From positions 1,086,538 to 1,150,537 of the forward strand of contig CAWKCK010000017.1 in the NCBI GenBank assembly GCA_963848135.1: 64,000 bases of DNA, written 5' to 3'. Source of the DNA: an uncultured delta proteobacterium. GTDB lineage: Bacteria; Desulfobacterota; Desulfobacteria; Desulfobacterales; SG8-13. A program made the position numbers and the translations under genes. Shown piece by piece: positions 30,167 through 40,448 of the stretch (its first letter is position 1; each line of letters starts with the position of its first letter). The notes below the pieces were generated by a model that saw only the letters and a program-made list of their open reading frames with translations, was not told where the DNA came from and searched no databases.

Positions 30167-30210
30167 TTCAAAACAGCATCGGTCGCGAGTGCCCGTGTCC
30201 GATTCGGCGG
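30167..30210 (-). terminator. Conserved 44-bp hairpin plus T-run, copy 1
   Basis: CCGCCGAATCGGACACGGGCACTCGCGACCGATGCTGTTTTGAA; homologous to 35387-35430. Confidence 0.4.
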
Positions 30211-30305
30211 GCATCTGTATGGCATCGAGAGTACCGCTGAACCGCCCATGACCATGATCAGGCCAACGGAGAACATCTTTATGCACGGTTCCTGATGATC
30301 CTCTT

Positions 30306-30560
30306 CTACGATAGGGATTCCACCGTCAGCAGCGGTAGATGCAGCTCGTAGATTTCATTCAGAACACCGGACAGGGCTGCCTGATCCATCAGGCGACCGA
30401 CCAGGATCGTCATCGGTTGCTTTTCCGCAGTGAATGCACGGGTGATGATCATGCCAGCCAATTGATCTGAAAGACCGTCGTCAATGTGTCCGGTCACGCG
30501 AATCCGATAGGTGGCTGGTTTTTCAAATTTCAAATTTTTTCCAAATTGTTCGCCTGACAA
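30306..30560 (-). CDS. 84-aa conserved protein, copy 1 (type seen beside MalT-like regulators; ACT-like fold suspected)
   Basis: TTG start after AAGGAA; YRIRVTGHID...DQAALSGVLNEIYELHLPLLTV; same length as the paralog. Confidence 0.8.
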   Translation of the reverse strand: MSGEQFGKNLKFEKPATYRIRVTGHIDDGLSDQLAGMIITRAFTAEKQPMTILVGRLMDQAALSGVLNEIYELHLPLLTVESLS

Positions 30561-30642
30561 GATATTTTCCTTGATTAATGGAGTTACAAGTAACATCTCT
30601 ACTGAAGATTTTAGGAACACCTTAGGCCCACCAGGTAAGCAA

Positions 30643-30679
30643 TGTCATCCCCCGAAAGTTGTAAAAAAAGTTGTATTTT
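30643..30679 (-). promoter_or_regulatory. 37-bp motif copy 1 (putative MalT-like operator/-35 region)
   Basis: AAAATACAACTTTTTTTACAACTTTCGGGGGATGACA, then 18 bp, then TAAGGT. Confidence 0.75.
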
Positions 30680-30755
30680 CCAAGCGGCGACCATGGCGAG
30701 CAAAAGTTAGCGATTCCGGTCGATGTCCTTAACATAAATGGCTCCCCGTCCTTGA

Positions 30756-32633
30756 TCAGTAATGCTTCCGGTCAATGGTTAGGCAGGTTTCCAAATGGCT
30801 GTGTCTATCGTCCGGTAAATCTAACTGTGAAGTCATGTTGATGGAAATAGGCCTGTGAAGTTTTAAAAATCGAGCACTTATTGATGAGTTTCTGGTTCCA
30901 ACTTTGTGGTTATCACATTGACAGCCTCGAACACCCTGATTGTGAATACGATCAGGCCCGATGACCTGGTCGACGCCAACTTTTTTCAACATCGACATGA
31001 CCGTCTGTTTCACGCGGGCGATATGGATTTCTACCCCGGCGTTTTTCATGTTTTCGGTGATTTCACTCAGCATATCGGCGCCTTGAAGGTCAATATTGTC
31101 GACCCCCTCCATATCGATCAGGATCGTTTTCACCGGCGGTGTCACCCCGCGTGTCACCGACTGGATCTTGTCGCGCAGCGCATTGGTGGTTGCAAAGAAC
31201 AGGGGGCCGTCGAAACGGATGATGACCAGTCCAGGATAGGTTTCGCTGTCCTGATGGCTCTCCAGGCGATGATAGATGTTGGTGCCGGGCAACCTTCCCA
31301 GAACGGGGATCTCAGGTTTGGATACTCTGGCCACAAGAACGGCCAGAGACATCAAGAGGCCGTTGATCACCCCCTGCAGCGTGCCGAAAGTGAGCACACT
31401 CAGCAAGGCGATAACTCCCACCTGGAATTCTGTGCGGTTGAGACGGTAGATCCGCTTCATCGCCTTGACGTCCATCATACCGAAGACAACCGCCTGGATT
31501 ACGATTGCGCCCAACACCGCTTTGGGAAGGTTCGCAAAAAGCGGGGCGAGGAACAGAAACGTGAGGATAACAAAACCCCCCTGCGCCAGCGAGGCCATCT
31601 GCGATCGGCCGCCGGAAGCGACGTTGACAGAACTCTTGGAAAGGCTGCCGGAGACGTTGATGCTTTGGAAAATACCCGCGGTGACATTGGCCATGCCCTG
31701 TGCCAGCATCTCCTGATTGACGTCGATGTCATAGTGGTATTTGGATGCGTACTGTCTCGCCGCCGCCAGGGATTCCGAAAAACCGACCAGTACCACGCAG
31801 ATTGCGGTAGTCACGACCAGGCTGGAATTCTTGGTGATCAGACCGATCACGGGCAGTGCCGGGGTTGGAATACCCTGGGGGACTTTCCCCACCACGGCTA
31901 CTCCCATACCCTGCAGGTCCAGTATCGTCGAAGCGCCGATACCCAGCACCAGTGCCACCAGCGCACTCGGTACTTTAGGTGCGAAAATCTTGAGTGTAAA
32001 AAGGATCACCAGGGCAATAATCCCGACAATCAGGGTGGTCGCATGAGCCTGAGGCAGGCTCTCCGCCAGCTGCAACAGTTTTGACCAGCAATTTTCACCA
32101 GCCACCTTCGTACCACTGATGTGTTTCAGTTGGCCGACCGCCACTTCGATTCCGATCCCGAAAATGAACCCGGTCAACACGCTCTCGGCCAAAAAGTTGG
32201 AGACCCAGCCCATTTTGAGTACGGACAAAAAGATAAGGATCAGCCCGGCCAGGAGGGTGATGGCCGCCACCAGGGCAATTGCCTCGCTGGAACCGGCAGG
32301 GGCCACGGATAAAACCGCGGCGCCGGTAACGGCGGCGATGGCCGAACTGGGTCCGGTGACAACATGGGGTGAACTGGCAAAAAAGGCGTAAACAATCAGG
32401 CCAATGGCGGCGGCGTATAGGCCGTATTGCACCGGTACGCCGCTGATAGCCGCATACCCCAAGGCCTGGGGCACCATCAGGGCCCATACGGATAAGCCAG
32501 CGACGATGTCACCTGACAACCAGGATTTAGAGTAGTGGGGTAACCAGTGCAAGATCGGCATACGCCGGGCAAGAAAGCCGGATTCTCTATTATCGTTTGG
32601 CTGCACTTCAGACATCGTACGGTTCTCCATCAT
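30756..32633 (-). CDS. SulP family anion permease with STAS domain
   Basis: VPQALGYA..GLYAA, NQEMLAQG, RFDGPLFF; possible frameshift in the last ~20 codons. Confidence 0.9.
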   Translation of the reverse strand: MMENRTMSEVQPNDNRESGFLARRMPILHWLPHYSKSWLSGDIVAGLSVWALMVPQALGYAAISGVPVQYGLYAAAIGLIVYAFFASSPHVVTGPSSAIAAVTGAAVLSVAPAGSSEAIALVAAITLLAGLILIFLSVLKMGWVSNFLAESVLTGFIFGIGIEVAVGQLKHISGTKVAGENCWSKLLQLAESLPQAHATTLIVGIIALVILFTLKIFAPKVPSALVALVLGIGASTILDLQGMGVAVVGKVPQGIPTPALPVIGLITKNSSLVVTTAICVVLVGFSESLAAARQYASKYHYDIDVNQEMLAQGMANVTAGIFQSINVSGSLSKSSVNVASGGRSQMASLAQGGFVILTFLFLAPLFANLPKAVLGAIVIQAVVFGMMDVKAMKRIYRLNRTEFQVGVIALLSVLTFGTLQGVINGLLMSLAVLVARVSKPEIPVLGRLPGTNIYHRLESHQDSETYPGLVIIRFDGPLFFATTNALRDKIQSVTRGVTPPVKTILIDMEGVDNIDLQGADMLSEITENMKNAGVEIHIARVKQTVMSMLKKVGVDQVIGPDRIHNQGVRGCQCDNHKVGTRNSSISARFLKLHRPISINMTSQLDLPDDRHSHLETCLTIDRKHY

Positions 32634-32810
32634 GGGATTATTTTTGATTCACGCGGGTTACTCCATTAAAAAAACTCTTTTTTTAGGACCGTTCTGGTCC
32701 AGAAACAGTCTAATCCGGAGTAGAATCAAACGGCTATATATCAGGCTAAATTTTTAGGATATTAGAAATCATTTTCGTTGTCAGAGTTAGACAGCTACTC
32801 TCCTGCGGTA

Positions 32811-33093
32811 TGAATGACTTTCTGTACTGAAATTTATTCTATTCCAGCCGATTTCGGAACTATTTAAATCCCGGGGGGGCTTTGGCCCAAGGATAGCCGT
32901 TTATGGCCATTTGATATCCCAGATCAAAGGGTTTGCCCATATACACCGGGTCGAAGACTTCTTTAGGCTTCAGATCAAATCCGGGATGTAGGCCAGATTG
33001 AAGTCAATTCCATCACGCCGACAGTCGAGATAAATCCGGTACATATCCCCAATGCCCTGAGTCCGGATGAGAGAACTGATTGATGTGCTGGCA
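32811..33093 (-). pseudogene. Near-identical duplicate of the patatin 3' end and downstream DNA (17337-17623)
   Basis: Direct comparison shows long identical stretches and a 4-bp deletion. Confidence 0.9.
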
Positions 33094-33203
33094 TCCTTTA
33101 TGGAACCAACCCTGGACATGTCTTTCAAGAAACTTACAGAGCACGCCGAGTATTACGGTTTCAGTTAACCCTGCGGACTCGAATGAAGTGGGCGAGAGTG
33201 TCT

Positions 33204-34865
33204 TCAACCACCCGCGCCGAACAGCGCCTTTGCCAGAAGCTTATCCCGGCCGTATACATCCTCGTAGAAATAAAGAGCATTGTCCTCCGGATCCACATAC
33301 GCCGTGCGGTACAATATGTAAACCGGCAATGGTTGGTCCAGCACGACCACTTGTCGCTTTCGGCCGGCGATGACATCATTGACGCGTTTCAGGCTCCACC
33401 CTTTCTCTTCCCCGCCCAGCACCCAGGCGGCCATTTCCGCGGGCCGGTCCATGCGGATGCAGCCGTGGCTGAACGCACGTTGTTCCTTTTTGAACAAGCC
33501 GTGGGCCGGCGTGTCATGCAGGTAGACATTGTACTCATTCGGAAAAACGAGCTTTACGGTACCGAGAGCGTTTTCCGGCCCCGGATCCTGGCGGACGCGG
33601 TATCTGTTCATGTCCCTCTTCGATACTTTACTCCAATCGATGGTCGTGGCATCCAGTTCCGGGGCGTCCGGCCCCCAGCCTTGAAAAATCCGCATGTTGT
33701 GCTTTTTCAGATAATGGGGGTCTTTCTTTAGCTTCGGTAGGGTTTCATTGCGAGCGATGCTGGGCGTCAGGTTCCAATAGGGGTTGAAAACCACATACTT
33801 GATCGTGTCGTTGAAAACCGGTGTTTCGTGGTAGGTTTTGCCGACGATCACAGGCATCCTCACATCGAATTTTCCCGGCTTACCGGCAGCCGCCTCGAAA
33901 CCCGCGATATTGACCGCCACCAAGCGTTCGCCCATTTGGTTCCGCTTCAACCAGCGATACCGCTCCATGTTTAGGACAAGTTGGTCGATTCTGGATGCCA
34001 CCGGTACATTCATGGCCGCCAGCGTCTGTTTGCCGACCGCACCGTCCGGTGTCAAATTGTGGCGCTTCTGGAATCGTTTGACGGCCTCTTCCAGCGCCGT
34101 ATCGAACCAATCACTGTCCATATTCCCGGGGTCCAGATCGCCCGTTACGACCAGCCGGTTTCTGACCATGCTTACCCGCTGGTCTTCCATGCCCGGTTTC
34201 AACGTCTCTCCTGGGGATATTGACGGCCAGCCGCCTTTTGCAGCGAGGTCGCGATATTCGGCCAGCTTTTTTTGAAGTTCTATGTATTGCGGAAACGGCG
34301 GCGCCTGTTGCTCGAGAAAGGCCTTCATGTCCGGTGCTTCGAAAGCCTCTTGCCTGAGAGCATCCCAGTCGACGTCCACATCGCGGGAAGCGGCAAAGAG
34401 TTTTGGATCGACCTTGCGTGGCTCGATACGGCCCTCCCGCTGATCGGCCACATAACGCATCATGCCTAATGTCAGAAGGATATCCAGCCGCACCAGACCG
34501 GTCGTGTCCTTGCTGTCCCAGTATGGGCGAATCTTGTCTACTAAATAGTCATTCGGAACCAGCCCCTGGCTTTCCGCATCGTCAAGTACAGCGAGCGTGT
34601 CTACAGCCCGCCGGCCTGGTTTACCATCTACTATCCAGAACGGCTTCAGTCTATTGCCGTGATACATTTCAGTGAGCCGTTTATCGATATCCGCAATCGT
34701 TTTGCCGTGTGCATCGATTTTCAGGTAAGTAGCCGGTCCCATTTCCAGATAAACGATGAACACGCTCTGATAGTCATCATCAGACGCGGCAATGCTTTGG
34801 GCGGAGTAAACCATGAGTACTCCTATAACCAGAACAATAATTTTCGCGCAATAACATCTTCCCAT
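33204..34865 (-). CDS. L,D-transpeptidase (YcbB/LdtD type)
   Basis: Peptidoglycan-binding AVKRFQKRHNL..DG; NPYWN; YLHDTP...SHGCIR. Confidence 0.92.
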   Translation of the reverse strand: MGRCYCAKIIVLVIGVLMVYSAQSIAASDDDYQSVFIVYLEMGPATYLKIDAHGKTIADIDKRLTEMYHGNRLKPFWIVDGKPGRRAVDTLAVLDDAESQGLVPNDYLVDKIRPYWDSKDTTGLVRLDILLTLGMMRYVADQREGRIEPRKVDPKLFAASRDVDVDWDALRQEAFEAPDMKAFLEQQAPPFPQYIELQKKLAEYRDLAAKGGWPSISPGETLKPGMEDQRVSMVRNRLVVTGDLDPGNMDSDWFDTALEEAVKRFQKRHNLTPDGAVGKQTLAAMNVPVASRIDQLVLNMERYRWLKRNQMGERLVAVNIAGFEAAAGKPGKFDVRMPVIVGKTYHETPVFNDTIKYVVFNPYWNLTPSIARNETLPKLKKDPHYLKKHNMRIFQGWGPDAPELDATTIDWSKVSKRDMNRYRVRQDPGPENALGTVKLVFPNEYNVYLHDTPAHGLFKKEQRAFSHGCIRMDRPAEMAAWVLGGEEKGWSLKRVNDVIAGRKRQVVVLDQPLPVYILYRTAYVDPEDNALYFYEDVYGRDKLLAKALFGAGG

Positions 34866-34943
34866 CGGTTTCTCCCTTCTCTTCCCGGGTTTAATTGCGG
34901 GGGGTATTAGGCGCCTGGAGTTATATAAGCTTTTCAAACTTCG

Positions 34944-35234
34944 TTATGCCAACTCATTGTTTAAAAACTCATTAAGCCTGAAACCGGGGTGATCAACGAC
35001 GGGATCCCCATTCTTATAGGCATCGACCAGGGCATCATTGTCAAACTTGAGTATAATTATTTTGTTTATGATGTCTATGTTTTTCTCCGCACTGAAAGTG
35101 CAGTATATATTTTCTGCCTGCCGCACGTATTTGTTCAGAAGCATCATCCTTTTAGTGTTACTCAGTACTTTCAGCTTTGCTATTCTCTCTTCTTTTCTAT
35201 CATCATACATCATCGTGTATTCCATACTTGTCAT
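34944..35234 (-). CDS. Hypothetical protein (AT-rich; may be a remnant)
   Basis: 96-aa ORF, no recognised motif. Confidence 0.4.
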   Translation of the reverse strand: MTSMEYTMMYDDRKEERIAKLKVLSNTKRMMLLNKYVRQAENIYCTFSAEKNIDIINKIIILKFDNDALVDAYKNGDPVVDHPGFRLNEFLNNELA

Positions 35235-35386
35235 TACTTTCTCTTGGTCACCTTTTTATTCCCACCATGTACCTTTCTCATGTCGATCATGTCAGTCGGT
35301 CTCCTGGCGGAAGGAACGCTTTGGTAGTGATTCTAAGCGCTAAAACCGCTGCGCAGTTGGTCAGTCGGTTCGGCGTCTAACAAGGA

Positions 35387-35430
35387 TTCAAAACAGCATC
35401 GATCACGAATGCATGTGTCCGATCAGGCGG
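35387..35430 (-). terminator. Conserved 44-bp hairpin plus T-run, copy 2
   Basis: CCGCCTGATCGGACACATGCATTCGTGATCGATGCTGTTTTGAA. Confidence 0.4.
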
Positions 35431-35464
35431 GGAATTGCGGAAAAAGTCCATTTATGGACGAAAA

Positions 35465-35719
35465 CTACGTTAGTGACTCCACCGTCAGTAGCGGCAGGTG
35501 CAACTCGTAGAGTTCGTTCAGCACACCGGAGAGGGCTGCCTGATCACTCAGGTGGCCGACCAGGATGGTGATGGGCCGGCTATCCCCTGTGAACGCACGG
35601 GTAACGATCATTCCGCCCAACTGACCCGATAGGCTGTTATCGATGTGGCCCATCACACGGATTCGATAGGTGGCTGGTTTCTCAAATCTTAGATCTTTTC
35701 CGAATTGTTCATCTGCCAA
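35465..35719 (-). CDS. 84-aa conserved protein, copy 2
   Basis: TTG start after GAGGAA; highly similar to 30306-30560. Confidence 0.85.
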   Translation of the reverse strand: MADEQFGKDLRFEKPATYRIRVMGHIDNSLSGQLGGMIVTRAFTGDSRPITILVGHLSDQAALSGVLNELYELHLPLLTVESLT

Positions 35720-35800
35720 GATGTTTTCCTCGCTTCATGGTGTTACAAGAAACATCTCTACTGGGGATTTAAAAACACCATAGGCCTTGCCGGTGGACGG

Positions 35801-35837
35801 TGTCATCCCCCGAAAGTTGTAAAATAAGTTGTATTTT
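35801..35837 (-). promoter_or_regulatory. 37-bp motif copy 2
   Basis: AAAATACAACTTATTTTACAACTTTCGGGGGATGACA, then 18 bp, then TATGGT. Confidence 0.75.
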
Positions 35838-35875
35838 AAATTTGAATTTACCCCTGTTTGCAGCGCGAGATGAAT

Positions 35876-37558
35876 TCAAATAGCAAAGACGAGCACCGGG
35901 CCAAGGAATATCAGCAGCACGTTGGAAATGGCATAGCTGACAGTGTAACCTAGCACCGGCGTGCTGCTGTCTGCCGCATCGATCACGCTGTTCAAAGCGG
36001 CGGTGCACGTCAGGTTGCCCGTGATGGCGCCGCACAAGATGATCGGGTTCATTTTCAAGACGAATCGACCGTAAAACACCATCACCAGGCAAGCGAACAG
36101 GGCGGCACCCGCGCCAATGACCGGAAGCGTAATCCCATATTGTTTGATCTGGGCAAGGGCCTGGGGGCCGGTGGACAGCCCCACCGAAGCGATGAACACG
36201 GCCAGTCCGAAATCGCGCAGGTATTGAGCGGTGGAAGCGGGCAGGTTTCCGAAGGTCTGGTACCTGGACTTCAACCAACCGAAGATCAGCCCCGAAATCA
36301 GGCAACCCCCACCGGTACCCAGCCCGACCGGCACCCCTGCCACCGGCAGGCTGATCATCCCCACCAGGATGCCGACCAGCACCCCGAGGCCCAGATAGAC
36401 GTAATCCACCACCTTGGACGGTACCAGGGAGTAGCCGATCTCCTTGGCCGCTTCCTCAACGTCCTCGGCAGCCCCGATAAGGTGGGCGACATCGCCGGTT
36501 TGCAGTTTGGTTTGGGGAAACATCTCGATTTCCTGGTCCAGACGATACAGCCGCGTCACCTGAACACCGAAACGGTGTCTCAGAGACAGTATGTCCCTGG
36601 CCTGGATAAGGGTTTTGCCGTGAAGCTCCTTGCGGGTAACGACCACGTCCCGTTCTTCTTGGATAAACCCCAGCGCACTGAGATTGGCGGTTTCCCGTCC
36701 GACGAAGACGCCGGCCTGAAAAACCTGCCCCAGGCTGCCCTGCAGTGCCAGACGGTAGCCGGCCTTGAGGGGGAGGTCCACCATCACAGCGATCCGCTTT
36801 TCAAGGTAGGCCGCCTGCTCCACTTTCACGTCGAAGCGGTCCTGGAGGTCGCCGACCGTCATTCCCACGGCCTCGCCGGCCTGGACTTCGAAAGCCCTCG
36901 TATGGACGTCTCCGAAGGCTTCGAATTGTCCCGGCTTCAACTTGGTCCCGGTGCCACCCAGGGTTGCTTCGAACTTCCGGGCTTCTTTTTTAAGATCGAT
37001 ACCTAAAAGCCGGGGGGCCACACGGCTGGAAAAGAAAATAACGGTCAACATGCCAAAAAGGTAGGTAATGGCGTATGTCACGCCGATATTGGCCTGCAGT
37101 TCCTTGATTTTTTCGGCACTCAATCCCAGGCGCTGCAAGGCTTCGCCGGCCGTACCGATAGCAGCTGACTCGGTAATGGCGCCGGACAGCAGGCCCGCGG
37201 CCGTGCCTTTGTCGAAATCCATCCCCTTGGACACCAGAAAGATGTAACCAAATATGGCAATTCCGGATATCAGCGCCAGGTGCAGTTGGCTCAAGGTCTT
37301 GCGATTCAGGCTGGCGAAAAACTGGGGTCCGCTGACGTAACCCGTGGCGTAGATAAACAAAGCGAACATCATGTCCTTCACCACGGGATCGACGGGTACA
37401 CCCACCTGACCGACGACGATGGCAACCAGCAATGTCCCGGCCATACCGCCGAGCTGAAAATTGCCGATCTTGATCTTGCCGATCCAGTAGCCGAAAGCCA
37501 GGGACAAAAACAGGGCCGCCATCGGTGTCTTTTGGAAAAAAGTTTGCAAGAGTTCCAT
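35876..37558 (-). CDS. aspT: AspT/YidE/YbjL family antiporter (probable aspartate:alanine antiporter)
   Basis: FIYATGYVSGPQFF, GLLSGAITESA, two TrkA-C-like domains, GYTVSYAI; directly behind an aspD remnant. Confidence 0.85.
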   Translation of the reverse strand: MELLQTFFQKTPMAALFLSLAFGYWIGKIKIGNFQLGGMAGTLLVAIVVGQVGVPVDPVVKDMMFALFIYATGYVSGPQFFASLNRKTLSQLHLALISGIAIFGYIFLVSKGMDFDKGTAAGLLSGAITESAAIGTAGEALQRLGLSAEKIKELQANIGVTYAITYLFGMLTVIFFSSRVAPRLLGIDLKKEARKFEATLGGTGTKLKPGQFEAFGDVHTRAFEVQAGEAVGMTVGDLQDRFDVKVEQAAYLEKRIAVMVDLPLKAGYRLALQGSLGQVFQAGVFVGRETANLSALGFIQEERDVVVTRKELHGKTLIQARDILSLRHRFGVQVTRLYRLDQEIEMFPQTKLQTGDVAHLIGAAEDVEEAAKEIGYSLVPSKVVDYVYLGLGVLVGILVGMISLPVAGVPVGLGTGGGCLISGLIFGWLKSRYQTFGNLPASTAQYLRDFGLAVFIASVGLSTGPQALAQIKQYGITLPVIGAGAALFACLVMVFYGRFVLKMNPIILCGAITGNLTCTAALNSVIDAADSSTPVLGYTVSYAISNVLLIFLGPVLVFAI

Positions 37559-37559
37559 T

Positions 37560-37750
37560 CCGAACCTCCAGGTAAAAACGACTTCTTGGATTCCATGTAC
37601 TCCCCGTAGTACGCGTCGAGCCGTCTTCGGATAGCAGCCCCGATATTACGGTAGTCCACTTCATGTAAATTAGCCAGCGACACCCGCGCCGAGGGGTGGA
37701 CGGCATCGTATCCCTTGCCCGGCAGTAAAACCACTTGGACCTTTTCAGCT
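37560..37750 (-). pseudogene. aspD: 3' remnant of aspartate 4-decarboxylase
   Basis: AEKVQVVLLPGKGYDAVHPSARVSLANLHEVDYRNIGAAIRRRLDAYY matches the AspD C-terminus; in-frame stop just upstream. Confidence 0.75.
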
Positions 37751-37765
37751 GCCGATCAAAATGCA

Positions 37766-38971
37766 TTAGAAATTAATCTGCCATTTGGCACCGGCATACC
37801 ACAGGCTGCCGAGATCCACTTTACCCTCGACATCTCCCTCTAAGTCACCGTAATCGCGGAGGCCGACCTCCGGTATCAAGTAGACACCGCTGGCCATCGT
37901 GATCGCGGCCTGGAGGTAGTATTCCAGATAATTATTTTTAAACTTCACGCTTCGAGTAGGATCCACTTGATAACTGTCGGATTTGCTCCCTATGTAGCCC
38001 ACGCCGGCCTCGAGAGTCAGCGACTCGGTCGGCGAGTAACCTAATGCCAGCATCGCCATCAAACTTTTGACGTCGACGATATCGTTATCAAACTCGTTGA
38101 GAAAAGGCGTTTGTTCCGGCAGAAGAGAATTCAAACCAAGATTTGTACCGAGCCAGCCGGACACCGCACCGTTTTGATAGTAGCTCACCTGCGGCTTGAC
38201 AAAGAACGGCCCGAAATTAAGATTGGCGCCCAGGCCGGCCACGTAGGAACTGACGTTTCTATCATAGCTCACCATGCCGACTCCACCAGGGGCCGGGGCC
38301 AACCAATACAGCTTGTAGTATTGGTAACCGAGGAAGCCGTGAAAGCTCATCGCGTCGTTCAATTCATACTCATAGGAGGTTTCAAACTTGGGGATCTTAG
38401 TTTCCGTCGTGGCGTCGGATGTCACATTTAGGGTGCTGGTTTCGGGAGTAACGGCGGCAAATTTTAAGGTCCCGGGTCCGAGAGTGCCTTCCAGCGCGAC
38501 CTGCCCTTGCCGGCCACCATAGGCGTTGCCCACAAACTCAAGCTCGTTGTCGGTATCGAAAACCTGGCCGGAGAGGAAGAAGGTGATCGGGGTGTAGTCT
38601 TTTCCGACCTTGAGCCCCCAGCCCTCGGTGAATTTCCAGGTGGCGTAAAGCAGGCGGGAGCTGACATTGCCGCCGGCCCCATCTGAGGCAACGCCGAGCT
38701 CGAAGCGGGCATCAAGCCTGTTGCCTTTAACGGTGGCGCCGATGCGGGAGTTGCTCTGCAGATCCCACTGCGTATTCTTTATCGTGCTGCGCCCGAATTC
38801 ATCATCCCCACTGGGATTTGTATCCGATTTGTAGAGATCTCCAAGATCTTCGCTCGTATAGAAGGTCGCCATGCGGGCACTGCCGTAAAGGTTCCATTCG
38901 CTGGCAAAAGCAGTACTTGCGAAAACGGCTGTGATTGCCACCACAAGTGCGATAATATTAAGCTTTTTCAC
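37766..38971 (-). CDS. Outer-membrane porin
   Basis: Signal peptide, WNLYGSARMATF, NSRIG, terminal WQINF. Confidence 0.85.
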   Translation of the reverse strand: MKKLNIIALVVAITAVFASTAFASEWNLYGSARMATFYTSEDLGDLYKSDTNPSGDDEFGRSTIKNTQWDLQSNSRIGATVKGNRLDARFELGVASDGAGGNVSSRLLYATWKFTEGWGLKVGKDYTPITFFLSGQVFDTDNELEFVGNAYGGRQGQVALEGTLGPGTLKFAAVTPETSTLNVTSDATTETKIPKFETSYEYELNDAMSFHGFLGYQYYKLYWLAPAPGGVGMVSYDRNVSSYVAGLGANLNFGPFFVKPQVSYYQNGAVSGWLGTNLGLNSLLPEQTPFLNEFDNDIVDVKSLMAMLALGYSPTESLTLEAGVGYIGSKSDSYQVDPTRSVKFKNNYLEYYLQAAITMASGVYLIPEVGLRDYGDLEGDVEGKVDLGSLWYAGAKWQINF

Positions 38972-39200
38972 TTTTCGTTCCTCCTTGAAGTGTATTGCAA
39001 ACGAACAGTCCTGGTTAAAAATTCTCTAAACCAAATCCTCTTTACAATCCTCATCAACGATTACAACCAGTTACCGCCTCACCTCCCTGCCGGGTCTGCG
39101 AATCCGGCAGTTTACCGCGCTTACTGCGGGAAATCGGCTCTGCTCTTTGATTTTTGGGTGCAAACTCTGGTTGAAAACCAACCCGGAGATGCCCGATTAA

Positions 39201-39854
39201 TTACCACCGCAACGGCTGGACCAGCTCCCTGAGGATACCGATAATCAAACCGGATTCATCCCCTGAGCCTGCTAGTTCAAGCCGCACGGCATGAGAACTG
39301 ACCCAAGAGAGCGTCAGCAAAAGAACCAAATAAGCGATGCCGAGGGCGATGTTGGTGCGGCGGCCAAAAGGGGAGCGTACCAGTGACACCACCGGTCCGG
39401 CGTAGGTTGCGAGAAACCACGCCGCCCCACCGGCGACCACCGTTGCTCTTTGGAGAATGGAAACCTCTGCCGCATTATTTGCAAGCTTGGCGCCAAACAT
39501 ATCGATCGATACAGCCAGTGGTGCGAAAAATCCCGCCACAGTGTGCCCCAGCCCCAGATACATCAGCAAATCGCCGGCCACAAGCGACCAAAGCGTGCAG
39601 ACGCCGACCTCATCCAGCGCGCCGGACACAATGAAAGCCACCATCGCAATGAAGGAAAGCGCCAGGGCCATGAAGAGCGCCATGGAGGCCCCGACGTGCA
39701 CCGCGTGATCCAGCCCGGACACACTGAGACCACCCGGAGTCCGGTATAGCTGAGCGATCTGAAACGACACGATCGCGATGTTGAATCCGATCACGGTCAG
39801 ACGCGCGCGCATCACGTTGACGGCGACACGCACTGGTTTGTGATTGTCAGCCAT
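39201..39854 (-). CDS. Hypothetical polytopic membrane protein
   Basis: About five hydrophobic helices; start placed at the ATG outside the IS5 remnant. Confidence 0.7.
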   Translation of the reverse strand: MADNHKPVRVAVNVMRARLTVIGFNIAIVSFQIAQLYRTPGGLSVSGLDHAVHVGASMALFMALALSFIAMVAFIVSGALDEVGVCTLWSLVAGDLLMYLGLGHTVAGFFAPLAVSIDMFGAKLANNAAEVSILQRATVVAGGAAWFLATYAGPVVSLVRSPFGRRTNIALGIAYLVLLLTLSWVSSHAVRLELAGSGDESGLIIGILRELVQPLRW

Positions 39855-39884
39855 AGTGATTTTCTCCGCAAACAGGGCTAAAGA

Positions 39885-40257
39885 CTTCCCCTGACCATTC
39901 AATTGTTTCTCGTTTCAGAAAGCGGTTGTCAAAAAAACGCTTTGGATCAAATGAACTTCGCCACCTTGCGCCAATTCGGGAAAAAAGGCCTCGATATTAA
40001 TGGAAGGCATTGCCATTGATACCAGGCTGGTCACATCTGCCAGCCGTCCGGTCAGTAATGACAAACTCGATGAACTCCGTGAAAACCAAGTTACGCCAGA
40101 AGGCACCCTATATAATCAGGGTAAACCTAAAAAGTTCTCCCGTGATCTGGAGTCAGACTGGACAGCCATGAAAGACGACCCTTTCTATGGACGTAAAGAA
40201 CATGCTTCGGGGGATGTGAAAAATGGCTTTATCCTGGCCACCACCATGCATGATTGA
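39885..40257 (+). mobile_element. IS5-family transposase remnant
   Basis: PDHSIVSRFRKRLSK / LRQFGKKGLDIN / EGIAIDTRLVTSASRP...YGRKEHAS with two frameshifts. Confidence 0.75.
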
Positions 40258-40341
40258 GGCAAATACTCCTGCTTTAAAAAACACCAAGTTTATTTCCCGC
40301 CGCAGCGGGATACAAATTTCAAGCGGTGAGGTAATTTAATT

Positions 40342-40372
40342 AACCCGATCGGCCTTAACGACCGATCGGGTT
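40342..40372 (-). terminator. Hairpin after the gad-antiporter operon
   Basis: AACCCGATCGGTC-GTTAA-GGCCGATCGGGTT (13-bp stem) followed by an AT-rich tract. Confidence 0.65.
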
Positions 40373-40448
40373 GTGCTTTCCGGGAATAAACGTAAACCTC
40401 ATCCGCAGGCAGCAACATTGGATCTAACTTCCCGGATAATTTCCGTTG

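Noticed and set aside
39060..39150. Riboswitch in the porin leader
   Set aside because: Two hairpins are present but I recognise no aptamer consensus; an Rfam scan would be needed.
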